A stretch of 64,000 bases of DNA, from IMG/VR virus record IMGVR_UViG_3300032294_002964, positions 28,078-92,077 of that record. The stretch is one strand, 5' to 3'. A program made the translations under genes and the position numbers. The stretch is from a virus. Shown piece by piece: positions 10,441-21,011 of this stretch (position 1 is the stretch's first letter; each line of letters starts with the position of its first letter). The notes beneath the pieces were generated by a model that ran no database searches, had not been told where the DNA came from, and was given only the letters and a program-made list of their open reading frames with translations.

Positions 10441-10826
10441 AATTTCTTAATATATTCTTGTACTTCTGACTTTATTTCAACATCAGACATCTCAGGATAT
10501 CTTTGTCTGATATCTCTAAATAGTTCAAGTTCATCTTTTTTTAACTCATCCATTTTCTCATTGATGGAATCAATATATTTTTCTAATGTGTTGGATTCAC
10601 TTTCTAAGTCTATTAGTATTTTTAAAAATTCACCCTTTGCGGAATCGACACTGTTTATTTTAGTGTCATCAATTTTATTTTTAATTTCAACTAATTCTTG
10701 ATGCTTCTCTCCAATTGAGGAAACGATGTCTCTCATCATTTTCTCATAAGTTGACAAGTCTGTTGTTAAGTTTAAATAGTCTTTTCTTATATTCACAGCT
10801 CTTTTTAAGAAGATTTCTTGTATCAT
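10428..10826 (-). CDS. hypothetical coiled-coil protein
   Basis: 132 aa helical ORF abutting the upstream gene. Confidence 0.6.
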   Translation of the reverse strand: MIQEIFLKRAVNIRKDYLNLTTDLSTYEKMMRDIVSSIGEKHQELVEIKNKIDDTKINSVDSAKGEFLKILIDLESESNTLEKYIDSINEKMDELKKDELELFRDIRQRYPEMSDVEIKSEVQEYIKKLNLS

Positions 10827-11855
10827 TTAGGCATTCATATTTTTTGGAGGCTCAGGCTCTTTACCTTCTTTTAACATTCTACTTTTTGGAGGAGGTGGTG
10901 GATTAGGTATTGTCTGTTTTTTTCTATTACTAGCCTTCTTGACAACAGGTTTAGGCTCGGCTGTTTCTTTTAATGTAACCGAATCAGTAATTTGTGTATT
11001 AACACCTTTCTTTTCGGAAGCACCGTTTTTCTTATCAATCATAGATTTTATCTCATTGATAATTCTATCTCTAATAATCGATGGATCTTTTAGCAGGTTA
11101 TTTGTAAATTCGTCCGCTAAAAACTCAATAATTGATATCTCATATGAATCCTCCATCATTTCAATGAAGTCTAATCTTGGAATCTTTCCATCTATTTTAA
11201 GATTTATTTTAAATTCATTATTACGCTTTACATTTTTAAACATAGTAATAACTGGATCTTGAACTTCTATTCTCTGAATAGGTGGCTCTTGATTTTGAAC
11301 AGTATTCATTCTTCTATCATTGTTTTCTATTATTGGAGTTGAACTTTCAACATTTTGTTGAGGATCTTCTAATATTCTAGAAAAAACCTCATTTTGTCTT
11401 CTCAGACTATCATCTACGGATGTAGCTCCATATTTTCTCTTTAATTCCTCAATTTCGTCCTCTGGATCAGCCATTATAATAGCTGACTCATTATTTACAT
11501 TTTGATAAAAATCTGGATTAGAATTTCTTATTGCTTGTGATAGACCATCACCACTATTATCATCAGGAATTTTATCCATTGGTATAGATTTAATTTGCTG
11601 AGCAAATGTGTTATAAGTATTTTGATTATCAAAAAACTTTGAAGGATCTACATAATCTTGTTTTGATGGATTTGAAGGTGCTGATTCATTCATAGTAGTA
11701 TAACTATTTATTGGTACGAATATTTTATCATTCATTAAAAGAGATGTATTAACTTTCTCTTTATTTGATGTTATAGCAACATTTTGATAAACATCAACTA
11801 TTTCAAATTCATCACCTGTTAATTTATTTTTAAACCTTTTGTTAATAAAACTCAT
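10827..11855 (-). CDS. hypothetical protein
   Basis: Start moved to MSFINKRF, because the track start lies inside a terminator hairpin and upstream of the AAC-N18-TATAA motif. Confidence 0.65.
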   Translation of the reverse strand: MSFINKRFKNKLTGDEFEIVDVYQNVAITSNKEKVNTSLLMNDKIFVPINSYTTMNESAPSNPSKQDYVDPSKFFDNQNTYNTFAQQIKSIPMDKIPDDNSGDGLSQAIRNSNPDFYQNVNNESAIIMADPEDEIEELKRKYGATSVDDSLRRQNEVFSRILEDPQQNVESSTPIIENNDRRMNTVQNQEPPIQRIEVQDPVITMFKNVKRNNEFKINLKIDGKIPRLDFIEMMEDSYEISIIEFLADEFTNNLLKDPSIIRDRIINEIKSMIDKKNGASEKKGVNTQITDSVTLKETAEPKPVVKKASNRKKQTIPNPPPPPKSRMLKEGKEPEPPKNMNA

Positions 11856-11910
11856 AAAAATATTTAATTTTAGATACTTGTTATAATTGCCAATCCTTAA
11901 AAAGTTTATA

Positions 11911-11938
11911 AAAAAACCCACTCATTTGAGTGGGTTTT
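11911..11938 (-). terminator. intrinsic terminator after gp32
   Basis: AAAACCCACTCA-tt-TGAGTGGGTTTT hairpin. Confidence 0.8.
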
Positions 11939-11956
11939 ATTTATATTTTGATTTAA

Positions 11957-12919
11957 TTAAAAATCTTTAAAGAAGTCATCATCATCACCATCAGTTGATG
12001 GAGTTGAATTTGTAGAAGTCATTGACTCTTCAAAATCAAAATCTTCAGATGTTGGTTTTGACTCTGCTTTAGATGACACAAAGCTCTGTGAAGATTTACC
12101 AGTCATGAAACCAATGATTTCATTAATCTTACCTTGTTGTGCCTCATCCAATCTTTTTGGAGCGAAATCTTCTAAGTTGTGCTCACGATCCATTAAGAAC
12201 TCTCTAATAGTAGTTTGAGCCTTTGGATCAACTTTACCATCTACACCAAGTGGAGCATTTTTGAATACACCTTTGTCTTTGAAATAAATAGGAAGTGAAG
12301 ATGTTTCTGGTTTGAACATAGACATTTTATAGTCTGGATATGTTTCATCACCAGTTTGAATTTCTTTCACTAAAAGAACGAAGTCTTTACCAGCTGAAAG
12401 ATCAAATACATTACAAGATACACCTGAAATCTCACCATTCTTTTCTGCTGAAATCTTATCTTTGATTGTCTTACCGTATTGGAAAGTCATAATTTTACCA
12501 ACTAATTCTGGTTGTTGTTCATCTTCAAGAACTAAAATATAGGAATAATACTTCTTAGAGTAGTTTAACATTTTTGCTCTTTCTTGAAGAATCGCATTCT
12601 TAGAGTTAGTTAATTGGTAGTAAAGATCACTAAGAGCACATTTGTCACCAAAGTTCTTAGGACTATCGAAATAACCTGAAAGCTCTTTTTGATTTTTGAT
12701 ATTAACATAGTGAGAAATTTTCTCAATTGCTAATTGACCTACTTTACCATCTTGGGTTAAGTTAGGAAGGAAACGAACTACCGAACGGTATCCTTTCTTT
12801 TTGTCCTTTACTTTTGATAAATCGATACGATAAATACCATCTGTATTGGTTTTTGTTTGTTCATTCAAAAAGTCCATTTTTGAATCTAAATTGCCGAATA
12901 AATCATCGAATTCTGCCAT
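11957..12919 (-). CDS. gp32: T4 gp32-like single-stranded DNA-binding protein
   Basis: VVRFLP, YYSYILVLED, GKIMTFQYGKTIKDKI, VFDLSAGKDFVL, YPDY, acidic tail DDDDFFKDF. Confidence 0.85.
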   Translation of the reverse strand: MAEFDDLFGNLDSKMDFLNEQTKTNTDGIYRIDLSKVKDKKKGYRSVVRFLPNLTQDGKVGQLAIEKISHYVNIKNQKELSGYFDSPKNFGDKCALSDLYYQLTNSKNAILQERAKMLNYSKKYYSYILVLEDEQQPELVGKIMTFQYGKTIKDKISAEKNGEISGVSCNVFDLSAGKDFVLLVKEIQTGDETYPDYKMSMFKPETSSLPIYFKDKGVFKNAPLGVDGKVDPKAQTTIREFLMDREHNLEDFAPKRLDEAQQGKINEIIGFMTGKSSQSFVSSKAESKPTSEDFDFEESMTSTNSTPSTDGDDDDFFKDF

Positions 12920-12976
12920 AATTGCCGTTAATTTTTTTAATTTTTTGAAATATCTTTTGGATAATTCAATTAAATA

Positions 12977-13003
12977 TTATATCTTTGTTAGTTGTGAAAG
13001 TTT
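12977..13003 (-). promoter_or_regulatory. putative phage middle promoter AAC-N18-TATAA
   Basis: Minus strand AAAC-TTTCACAACTAACAAAGA-TATAA upstream of gp32. Confidence 0.55.
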
Positions 13004-13010
13004 ATCTATT

Positions 13011-13604
13011 TTAGATAAAATATTTCACTATATCCTTATTTAAGCCTCCATGATCAAAAATTTTACAGAATTTAAGATATTCATCATCTGAACCTCTAAA
13101 AAAAGTTCCTTCAAATCCTAATTTAGTTACCACATCACCAACATCAGAAACTGAATCTTCTGTCCAAAGACATCCAAATGGTCTAAATTCTGTTTCACTA
13201 TATAATACCTTTAAGCAGTTAATTAGAACTTCGAAATTATCCTGATCAAATAGACTATCATTAAATGAAACACACATATATTCATAAGATGGTATATCAC
13301 CAGATAAGATATATTTTAATTTATTCTTTTTGTTATCTGGAACCTCTCTATTAATTATTAGATAATCTGACATTAGTCCTAATTGATTATTAGTTAGTGT
13401 TGTATTTAATATATCTACAAAATCATCAGTATCGGTTATTGTTCTTAATCTTGCAGATTCAAAATATACATACCCAATATCGAATCCACTTATATTACCT
13501 ATATTATCTGTGAAATCATAAAAATAGCTTTTAACCTCATCTAATGATGGGAACTTACTTTCTAAATTATTAGACTCAAATATTTTGAATTTTTTTATTA
13601 TCAT
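13011..13604 (-). CDS. hypothetical protein with capsid-targeting-like N-terminal leader
   Basis: MIIKKFKIFES. Confidence 0.6.
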   Translation of the reverse strand: MIIKKFKIFESNNLESKFPSLDEVKSYFYDFTDNIGNISGFDIGYVYFESARLRTITDTDDFVDILNTTLTNNQLGLMSDYLIINREVPDNKKNKLKYILSGDIPSYEYMCVSFNDSLFDQDNFEVLINCLKVLYSETEFRPFGCLWTEDSVSDVGDVVTKLGFEGTFFRGSDDEYLKFCKIFDHGGLNKDIVKYFI

Positions 13605-14137
13605 AATTGAATATTATATTCTGATTTATCCGGTCTAACATAAACAATTTTAGAAATGTTCTTTATTTGATATTTGTAATTAGAATCGGCATATTTTTGT
13701 CCTAAACCTTTTTTAACATAGGCAATTGTAATATGTGGTTTATATTCTGGAAATTGATTAGAATTCGGAAGTTCTGATAATTTCTTATAAACCTCTTCTA
13801 ATTTAGGTGTCTTATTCACTTCAAGTTTAACAACATCAAATTCTGGATTTTCAAATAATGAAATACCACTAATTTCCACTTTGAAGTCATCTTCGGTAGC
13901 ATCTTGAAAACAACTTTGTATTTGCTCATCTGTAACTGTATCATGTATACCATATAATAAAGTTAGGTGTGGTCTTGGTTGTATTCCATAATTTTTACCT
14001 TCTACTTTATAAATATCTTCTTGTTGTATTGAATCTAATAGGTCGGACCAATTTGCAAAGTTATAGTCAACCATTACACAACCATACTCATATCTTGTTT
14101 GTGATTCTTTTATAAATTGTTTGTAATTTTTCATCAT
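13601..14137 (-). CDS. 2H phosphoesterase, T4 57B/Acb1-like, with N-terminal leader
   Basis: Two HxT motifs (PHLTLLYG, YKPHITIAY), GCVM near the N-terminus; leader MMKNYKQFIKES. Confidence 0.75.
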   Translation of the reverse strand: MMKNYKQFIKESQTRYEYGCVMVDYNFANWSDLLDSIQQEDIYKVEGKNYGIQPRPHLTLLYGIHDTVTDEQIQSCFQDATEDDFKVEISGISLFENPEFDVVKLEVNKTPKLEEVYKKLSELPNSNQFPEYKPHITIAYVKKGLGQKYADSNYKYQIKNISKIVYVRPDKSEYNIQL

Positions 14138-14169
14138 AAACTATTTATTAAATTTTTGATACAAAGATT

Positions 14170-14514
14170 GTGAATTGGTATAAAATATTTTTATGTGTTA
14201 GTGTTTTGTTTTTTGCACAGATAGTTACTTGGTTCCAGATGTTTGGTCAATTTAAGTGGGATTTCTTCAAAAACAATTTATTCTTAGTTTGTCTTACTGG
14301 TATACCAATAACATTAATGTATTATTACTCAACTAAATATGGAGTGGAAGGATTTGGAAATTCTTGGTCTTTAAGAATAGTTCAATTTGTAATGGGTATA
14401 ACTATATTTACGCTATTCAATTATTTCTTATTAGATGAGGGTATAGATAAAAAAAACACAATCTGTTTAGGATTGTGTTTTATAATTGTTTTAATACAAG
14501 CTTTTTGGAAGTAA
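14170..14514 (+). CDS. small 4-TM membrane protein (DMT/EamA-like)
   Basis: Four hydrophobic segments in 114 aa. Confidence 0.55.
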   Translation: MNWYKIFLCVSVLFFAQIVTWFQMFGQFKWDFFKNNLFLVCLTGIPITLMYYYSTKYGVEGFGNSWSLRIVQFVMGITIFTLFNYFLLDEGIDKKNTICLGLCFIIVLIQAFWK

Positions 14515-15363
14515 TTATTTTCTTTTATCCATCCAATTTGATATCTCCTGTATGCTATTGAACTCCTTTTGAACTCTATCATTTGATATTAATTGGTATT
14601 TATGATCTTCATATCCTGGTTGTCTTCCAAGAGCGATTTTTATTAGAAAATAATTTTCCCACTGAAAATAACCCATTGGTGTTGAATTTGTTTTCTCAGT
14701 GTTTACATATTTAAATCCTAAACTTTCTAATTCATTTTTTTCATAATTGCTCCAATAATGTGTTGAGTGTATACCGTTAGATTTAGGTTTTAAAAAATCT
14801 AAAAACGCCTCATTTTTTTTAAAAGGACTTTTCAAGTGTTTTAAATTCCAACCAGGAATAAATGACTTATTTTTTTTCTGAAAATCTTCATATGATTCAA
14901 TTCCTTTATCAACAACATTTCTTTCATATCCTAAATTAGCACCTTTAAGTTTTGGAGTACTATCATCAATAGTAGTTGATTTAGTTGCTTTTCTAATCTT
15001 TTCTAATTGTTTAACAGTTGATTCTCTTGGAAGAGCCCCTTCGTTACTTGGTATTTCCTCAGCTGAAACAATTTCTATCGTACCATCTTCATTAAATTTC
15101 AAACCAAAAGAAACAATTCTTCTATTACCAACAACTGGTAAAACTTGACCCTTTAATATTTCAAAGTCGCTTTGACCTTGAAAATCAGGACCAAATGATT
15201 TAATAGCAGATGTTACTCTACCACCAATTGGTAATTCTATTTTAAAGTCAAAATTTTGACCAGAATTACTAGTTATCATTCTTTCAATAGATCTTGGTAG
15301 AAGTTCAAAAAGTTCTTTTTTTGTACCTGCTCCGTAATTTACTCTACATCCTGTTATTTTCAT
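14515..15363 (-). CDS. hypothetical protein (late)
   Basis: 282 aa; TAATATATA upstream; internal leader-like LKHLKSPFKKNE. Confidence 0.6.
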   Translation of the reverse strand: MKITGCRVNYGAGTKKELFELLPRSIERMITSNSGQNFDFKIELPIGGRVTSAIKSFGPDFQGQSDFEILKGQVLPVVGNRRIVSFGLKFNEDGTIEIVSAEEIPSNEGALPRESTVKQLEKIRKATKSTTIDDSTPKLKGANLGYERNVVDKGIESYEDFQKKNKSFIPGWNLKHLKSPFKKNEAFLDFLKPKSNGIHSTHYWSNYEKNELESLGFKYVNTEKTNSTPMGYFQWENYFLIKIALGRQPGYEDHKYQLISNDRVQKEFNSIQEISNWMDKRK

Positions 15364-15438
15364 ATTTAAGATTAAAATTTATAATGTATATATTAAAATC
15401 CATTTTTTATTTTAAATACTCCTATTCTTCTAACTAAA

Positions 15439-15470
15439 TTTGGTAATATGTTAGAATTTTACTAAATTTG
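15439..15470 (+). promoter_or_regulatory. Bacteroidetes sigma70-type promoter (-33 TTTG / -7 TAnnTTTG)
   Basis: TTTG-N20-TAAATTTG just before the ATG at 15475. Confidence 0.65.
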
Positions 15471-15474
15471 CACT

Positions 15475-16008
15475 ATGATAAAGCGCCACAGAAATATTGC
15501 TCACTTAAATTCATTGATATTAGGTTCTATTGAATCTAATAGAGTCGATGAGTTAATGCATTATATTTCTGTTTATCCAAAAGATTTAATTGAAAAGCAC
15601 CACAAAAATGGTCACTCTGCTTTTTTAGAAAACGCTCTATTGAAGGCAAGAAATGAATGTGCAAAATTTTTAATTGAATCTGGATTTATTGTTAGAAATC
15701 CTGAATTTATTATTTTAGATACTAAAATTGAAAACCTTGAATTTGCGATGAAAAATATGGAGTCATTGGGATTTCATTTTAGAGAAGAATTTAAAAGTGG
15801 ATTAGTAAGAAGAATATTGGAACCATATAAAGTATTGGATAATCCTAGAAGAGTTAACATTGCTTTAGAATACTTAGAAAGTGGATTTTTTACAGAGATT
15901 CAATTTGAAGAGGCTTTAGATAAAATTTTTAAGTCTAGTAAAGGTAAAAGATTTGAAAATGTTGTAAGATCTTATATACGTGAATATAAACTTAATAAAA
16001 TTCTATGA
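15475..16008 (+). CDS. hypothetical protein with C-terminal RxxKLxxIL motif
   Basis: Ends IREYKLNKIL. Confidence 0.65.
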   Translation: MIKRHRNIAHLNSLILGSIESNRVDELMHYISVYPKDLIEKHHKNGHSAFLENALLKARNECAKFLIESGFIVRNPEFIILDTKIENLEFAMKNMESLGFHFREEFKSGLVRRILEPYKVLDNPRRVNIALEYLESGFFTEIQFEEALDKIFKSSKGKRFENVVRSYIREYKLNKIL

Positions 16009-16364
16009 ACTGGTTGCAAATTGATAGCTATAAATTTGAAGTAATTGATGATGGCTTTAAATATAGTGGACCACTAAAATCTTATCAAAAAGATATGTGG
16101 TCCAATTTTTCATATCATACTATTAAAATAAAGTGTCCAAGTGATATACATTTAATAGGATTGCGCGATAAGATCTTTTCTGATATGAAATATAAAAAAG
16201 ATGGTCAATATTATAGTTGCATCTTTAAACTGAAATCGACCAGAATTTTATCAGATTTTGGACACTTTAAAATTATTAAAGTTGAAGTTGAAGATATAAA
16301 TATTGATGAAGTATCAAAGGATGTAGAAAGAGATTTAAAACTTTCTGACTTATTTGGATTATAA
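16005..16364 (+). CDS. hypothetical protein with C-terminal motif
   Basis: Ends ERDLKLSDLFGL; ATGA overlap with the upstream gene. Confidence 0.65.
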   Translation: MNWLQIDSYKFEVIDDGFKYSGPLKSYQKDMWSNFSYHTIKIKCPSDIHLIGLRDKIFSDMKYKKDGQYYSCIFKLKSTRILSDFGHFKIIKVEVEDINIDEVSKDVERDLKLSDLFGL

Positions 16365-16392
16365 GATGTTGTCTATAATCTAATAATAATAT

Positions 16393-16707
16393 ATGAAAAG
16401 CGAAATCAAAATTGAATTCTCAAACAAGAAAGAACTGAAAAGAGTTATTGAAAAGGCTTACTTTGAAGAAGGTTATTTAGGTAAACTTTTAACCAAGAAT
16501 AATTTTGTAGAAATAACACCTGAAGTAGATGATATTCTCTACACAGTTGTTAAAGGTTTAAATAACGCAACTATTAAAGTTACTAACAATGATTTGATTG
16601 ATGGATCTTGTAGATTTATAGTAGACGATACTGGGGAAAATCCAAAGCTATTCCCAATTTCTATGTATTGTATCGTTGATGATAATAAAAAATACATTTT
16701 TTACTAA
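16393..16707 (+). CDS. hypothetical protein
   Basis: 104 aa ORF after AAC-N18-TATAA at 16338-16364. Confidence 0.6.
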   Translation: MKSEIKIEFSNKKELKRVIEKAYFEEGYLGKLLTKNNFVEITPEVDDILYTVVKGLNNATIKVTNNDLIDGSCRFIVDDTGENPKLFPISMYCIVDDNKKYIFY

Positions 16708-16708
16708 A

Positions 16709-17650
16709 ATGAATAAATTTGATTTTGAGCAAGTTAACCTTGTTCCACGCAAGTGTGTCGTTGATTCAAGGAGTGAGTGTGATACTTCTGTAAAATTCGG
16801 AAACTTCACATTTAAAATGCCTATTGTTCCTGCAAACATGGAATGTGTCATTGATGAAAATGTTGCTATAAAATTGGCAAAGGCAGGATACTTTTATATA
16901 ATTCACCGATTTAATGTTAATCCGATCTTATTCATTCTGCAAATGAAGAATCTTGGATTGGTTTCATCTATATCACTTGGAGTTAATGAAGACTCTTATA
17001 AGATTATTGATGAAATGAAGTCTACTAGTATGATACCAGACTTTATAACAATTGATATCGCACACGGTCATTCAATCAAAATGGAAAGAATGATTAAATA
17101 TATCAAAGAAAACTTACCTACTGTGTTTGTAATTGCTGGTAATATTTCAACATCTGACGCAGTTAGAGATTTAGAAGAATGGGGAGCTGACGCAACTAAG
17201 GTTGGAATTGGACCGGGAATGGCTTGTACTACTTGGCCGACAACTGGATTTGGATCGAGAAATTGTCAAGCTGCTACGGTATACAACTGTTCTCTTGTTG
17301 CTACTAAACCAATTGTTGCTGATGGTGGTATTCGTGTACCAGGTGACATTGCTAAAAGTTTAGTTCTTGGTGCTACTATGGTAATGGTTGGTGGGATGTT
17401 ATCCGGATTTAAAGACTCTCCAGGTCACTTAGTTAGTATTGATGGTAAATACAAAAAAGAATTTTGGGGATCAGCATCACAATTTCAATCAGGAAAATCA
17501 AATCGTATTGAAGGTACTAAAATTCTAGTTGATTATAAAGATCGTTCTATTTTAGATGAAATGAAATATTTAGAAGAATGTCTTCAAAGTTCAATTTCAT
17601 ACGGTGGTGGAACCGATCTTAGTTGTTTTTCTAAGGTTAAGTGGATTTAA
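16709..17650 (+). CDS. guaC: GMP reductase
   Basis: SRSECDT, PANM, TIDIAHGHS, KVGIGPG.ACTT, ADGGIR, FWGSAS; start set at MNKFDFE. Confidence 0.9.
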   Translation: MNKFDFEQVNLVPRKCVVDSRSECDTSVKFGNFTFKMPIVPANMECVIDENVAIKLAKAGYFYIIHRFNVNPILFILQMKNLGLVSSISLGVNEDSYKIIDEMKSTSMIPDFITIDIAHGHSIKMERMIKYIKENLPTVFVIAGNISTSDAVRDLEEWGADATKVGIGPGMACTTWPTTGFGSRNCQAATVYNCSLVATKPIVADGGIRVPGDIAKSLVLGATMVMVGGMLSGFKDSPGHLVSIDGKYKKEFWGSASQFQSGKSNRIEGTKILVDYKDRSILDEMKYLEECLQSSISYGGGTDLSCFSKVKWI

Positions 17651-18333
17651 ACTTCAAAGGTTACTTTAAAATCACCATGACTATAGTTATAACTGCTGAA
17701 ACCAAATCTATTACACACTAAATCAAATAGTTCTTCTACTTCTTTATCAATTTTACCATTGTAACTTGTGGATTCAAATTCTATTGTTACTTCAACCGCT
17801 TCTTTTGAATAATGTGGTCTATAATAGTCAAATGATAGATTTGTCAATCCGTATTTACTAAATAGTGACTCAATATCTTCTTCATCTGGCCATTTAAAAT
17901 CTTCATCTAGCTTTTGGTCTGGTTTAGAAAAATAGAATGATAACATCATGAATTTAACATCACCTTCATTATTAGGTGGTGGACTAGTACTAATTTTCAT
18001 ATCATACATTGACCAATCTTCATCTTTTAATCTACCTATTGTAGTTTGTATTTGACTAACAATAGATACAAAATCTGTATAATCTTTAACATCATGGAAT
18101 ACAATAATAAAGTGACCTCTGATCACATTTCCAGTATTTATAATTGGTTTGAAATTTTTATAACGAGAACTTTTATCAATATAGTCTTGATAATTCATAT
18201 CATCAATAGGTGACTTAAACAAGATTTTTCTATCATCATCTAAAAAATCTCGCATAGCATCAATAATTATATCCACTTCATTTTCATGAGTGTGATTTTC
18301 ATTTATTCTATTGAAATATTTTAAGTGTTTCAT
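17647..18333 (-). CDS. hypothetical protein with N-terminal leader
   Basis: MKHLKYFNRINE. Confidence 0.65.
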   Translation of the reverse strand: MKHLKYFNRINENHTHENEVDIIIDAMRDFLDDDRKILFKSPIDDMNYQDYIDKSSRYKNFKPIINTGNVIRGHFIIVFHDVKDYTDFVSIVSQIQTTIGRLKDEDWSMYDMKISTSPPPNNEGDVKFMMLSFYFSKPDQKLDEDFKWPDEEDIESLFSKYGLTNLSFDYYRPHYSKEAVEVTIEFESTSYNGKIDKEVEELFDLVCNRFGFSSYNYSHGDFKVTFEV

Positions 18334-18857
18334 TTTTTATCCTCTTCTATTGATGTATAATAAAAATCACATTTTAAATCTAAGAAATTTATAACATCAT
18401 CAAATTTCATTTGTTTATCAAAAATCTCTTTTCTTACATATTTATGCAAGTTGTCTAATGATTTTTGATAATATTCGTCTTTTATATCCATTTTAGACCA
18501 GTCAAAAGATGCTGATTTTTTACTATAAATTGAAAAACCTATTTTAATAACGCCAAAGTTGTCAGTCTTAACATTTAAAATAACAACTGGTTTCCATGCG
18601 TGTTTAGCAGCAGATAGTGATGTATTAAATTCTTTATGATATTTTTCTAACCATTCGCTATTACAAGGTCCACCACTCCACTCACCATTTCTTATGTACA
18701 TCTCCTTATAATCTTCAATCATCTTTGTAATTAAATCTTGATCTTTGCATTCGTATTTAGTACCGATTGAAATAGATACATCACATTCAGAACCATAGAT
18801 ATCTATAAGTCCTAAATCATCTTCTTCAAATTCTTCAAATATTTTTAAATATTTCAT
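18330..18857 (-). CDS. hypothetical protein with N-terminal leader
   Basis: MKYLKIFEEFEE. Confidence 0.65.
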   Translation of the reverse strand: MKYLKIFEEFEEDDLGLIDIYGSECDVSISIGTKYECKDQDLITKMIEDYKEMYIRNGEWSGGPCNSEWLEKYHKEFNTSLSAAKHAWKPVVILNVKTDNFGVIKIGFSIYSKKSASFDWSKMDIKDEYYQKSLDNLHKYVRKEIFDKQMKFDDVINFLDLKCDFYYTSIEEDKK

Positions 18858-19348
18858 ACTTCTAAAACAAATTGACCTCTATAAGCTTTAAAATCTTCTT
18901 TCTTCATTACAGTAATAACAGTTAAAGTGAACTCATTATCACCTGCCTCTAACTGACAAACAATATTTAAATTAGATTTTTTATTCTTTATAACAAATCT
19001 ATTTGGTTCACCTGCTCTAACACCACGAGTTGGATAATCATCTTCATCTTGATAAATATCAAATCTATCTTGCATTAATGCAATTGTTAATTCTTCAACT
19101 CCTGATTCAATTGTATCTAATATTTCATCTTTAGATATACCAGCTTCAATTTTACCACCAGTATCAGTAACCCCATGTCTATATTGTCTTGAAAGAGCAT
19201 GACCGATGGCCTCTACATCAATTCTAATTTCAACTGGCTGTTTGATATCACCAATAAATTCTGGACCCTTTCTATCCATTAATTTTGGACTCACATATCC
19301 AGGTCTAATGGCTTCAGATATTTGTTTGAATGATTTTAAATGTCTCAT
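18854..19348 (-). CDS. hypothetical protein with N-terminal leader, possible BECR/RelE-like fold
   Basis: MRHLKSFKQISE; HALSRQYRH...LTVITVM. Confidence 0.55.
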   Translation of the reverse strand: MRHLKSFKQISEAIRPGYVSPKLMDRKGPEFIGDIKQPVEIRIDVEAIGHALSRQYRHGVTDTGGKIEAGISKDEILDTIESGVEELTIALMQDRFDIYQDEDDYPTRGVRAGEPNRFVIKNKKSNLNIVCQLEAGDNEFTLTVITVMKKEDFKAYRGQFVLEV

Positions 19349-19378
19349 AGATTTATATATTAATTTAATAATATACTA

Positions 19379-19762
19379 TTAACGCCCGTAAATATTTATT
19401 GTATAGACAGATCCACCTGTCCAACCTATTTCACACTCAAGGCCTAATCTACTTAGTCTGTTGATGAACTCTCTCATATCCATTTGAAAGTCCTCTCCTA
19501 AATATCCATCAACACCAGCAGATCCAAAATAATCATCAAATAATATATCAATGGAAGCACACCAAGAACTTTCACTAGGAAATCTAAGAGAATAACAATT
19601 ATCAAGGTCTCCTGAGTGCCATCGTTGTAGATCATCAAAGTTATCTACATATTTTAAATCATATTGATCTGCATACTCTCTAAATATATCTAAAATATCA
19701 TCCAGATAATCATTGATTAAATATTTTTTAGACTCATTAAAATTTTTGAATTTTTTTATCAT
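19379..19762 (-). CDS. hypothetical protein with N-terminal leader
   Basis: MIKKFKNFNES. Confidence 0.65.
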   Translation of the reverse strand: MIKKFKNFNESKKYLINDYLDDILDIFREYADQYDLKYVDNFDDLQRWHSGDLDNCYSLRFPSESSWCASIDILFDDYFGSAGVDGYLGEDFQMDMREFINRLSRLGLECEIGWTGGSVYTINIYGR

Positions 19763-19766
19763 TTAA

Positions 19767-20621
19767 TTAGTAAATTATTATTCCAAGTTCGTGAAGTTCT
19801 TCACTACCATATTCCTCAATAAATTCATCTACTGGATAGAATTCATTTTCGTTTGTTAATTCGATGTCAATATTTAAATCATACTCAGACAAGAATGATT
19901 GTAGTCTTTTAATAGTTGGTAAAATATGATCATTAAATCTAAAAAAATTAAAAGAATTATCTTCTAAATCTATATTAATAGAGTCTTTTAATTCTGAATC
20001 TTTTTTCTCATAAAGCTTATGATATTGACCTATAGTAGAATCAACATCTATATCGTGTTCTTCTAAATCCAATAATATATCTTTAATATCATCAAAAATT
20101 AATTCAAGTGTTGACCTATCAACTGACTCATTAATATCTTCTAAATCTCTAAAAGTTAAATCTAAATAAATAACATGTCTTAGAGATTGTTTTTTGGCGA
20201 ATGGTAACTCATCAATATATCTTTTCATTCTTGAAATACTATTGAACCAAACACCATCAAATGTTCTTAAATAGATACTAGATAACTCTATATTAAATTG
20301 ACTCTCTACGTGTTTTATAGATGATTCAACCTCTTCAAAAAAATCATCATCAATAGCAAAAACTCCTTTTTCAAGTGGTTTCAATCTTATTGAAAAGCTT
20401 TTAAAGCTACCAAGATATCTACCATCTGGTCCTATTTTTGAAAATTCATTATGATCTGTAACTATTTCTTTATCACCCAATGATAGTGCATGTCCAGTAT
20501 AAACATCTGAAACTTCTAATCCACAATCTTTCACACCAACAAAAATATCTGAAATCTCTTGAACAGTTTCCTCACTCTCTTTATTAGATTCAAATAGTTT
20601 ATATGATTTTAAATATCTCAT
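19767..20621 (-). CDS. two-domain hypothetical protein with N-terminal leader
   Basis: MRYLKSYKLFES; internal DINES followed by a second copy of the I-x-D-I helix. Confidence 0.65.
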   Translation of the reverse strand: MRYLKSYKLFESNKESEETVQEISDIFVGVKDCGLEVSDVYTGHALSLGDKEIVTDHNEFSKIGPDGRYLGSFKSFSIRLKPLEKGVFAIDDDFFEEVESSIKHVESQFNIELSSIYLRTFDGVWFNSISRMKRYIDELPFAKKQSLRHVIYLDLTFRDLEDINESVDRSTLELIFDDIKDILLDLEEHDIDVDSTIGQYHKLYEKKDSELKDSINIDLEDNSFNFFRFNDHILPTIKRLQSFLSEYDLNIDIELTNENEFYPVDEFIEEYGSEELHELGIIIY

Positions 20622-20624
20622 AGA

Positions 20625-21011
20625 TTATATATAAAAGTCTATATTTATTCTGGATGTATATGGCCAATTTTCATCCATTTTAAGACCAGATGTTCTCAAT
20701 CCTCTACTATCTAAATAGATGTAAAATGGAGAAATATCACCATCAGCACGATGAAAGTTTGCACTATATCTATAACCAATTTCATTCATAATAGAAATTG
20801 ACTTTTTTAAGGTATTTGAAATTAGGCTATCAAAGAAGAATATACCTCTACTTTTAATTGTAACTCTATATTCACTATTTCCACTATCATCATATCCTTT
20901 AAAAACTTCAACATCATATCCCTCATCTATTAAGTCTGTAAATATATCTTTAAGATGTTCTTGAACATCATCTAATGACTCATTTATGTTAAAATATTTA
21001 AGATACTTCAT
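20625..21011 (-). CDS. hypothetical protein with N-terminal leader
   Basis: MKYLKYFNINES. Confidence 0.65.
   Translation of the reverse strand: MKYLKYFNINESLDDVQEHLKDIFTDLIDEGYDVEVFKGYDDSGNSEYRVTIKSRGIFFFDSLISNTLKKSISIMNEIGYRYSANFHRADGDISPFYIYLDSRGLRTSGLKMDENWPYTSRINIDFYI

Noticed and set aside
16338-16364. The C-terminal tag as a by-product of overlapping promoter DNA (AAACTT...TATAA, or TTTG)
   Set aside because: The overlap holds in only a few cases; most tagged ends have no promoter motif and their codons vary
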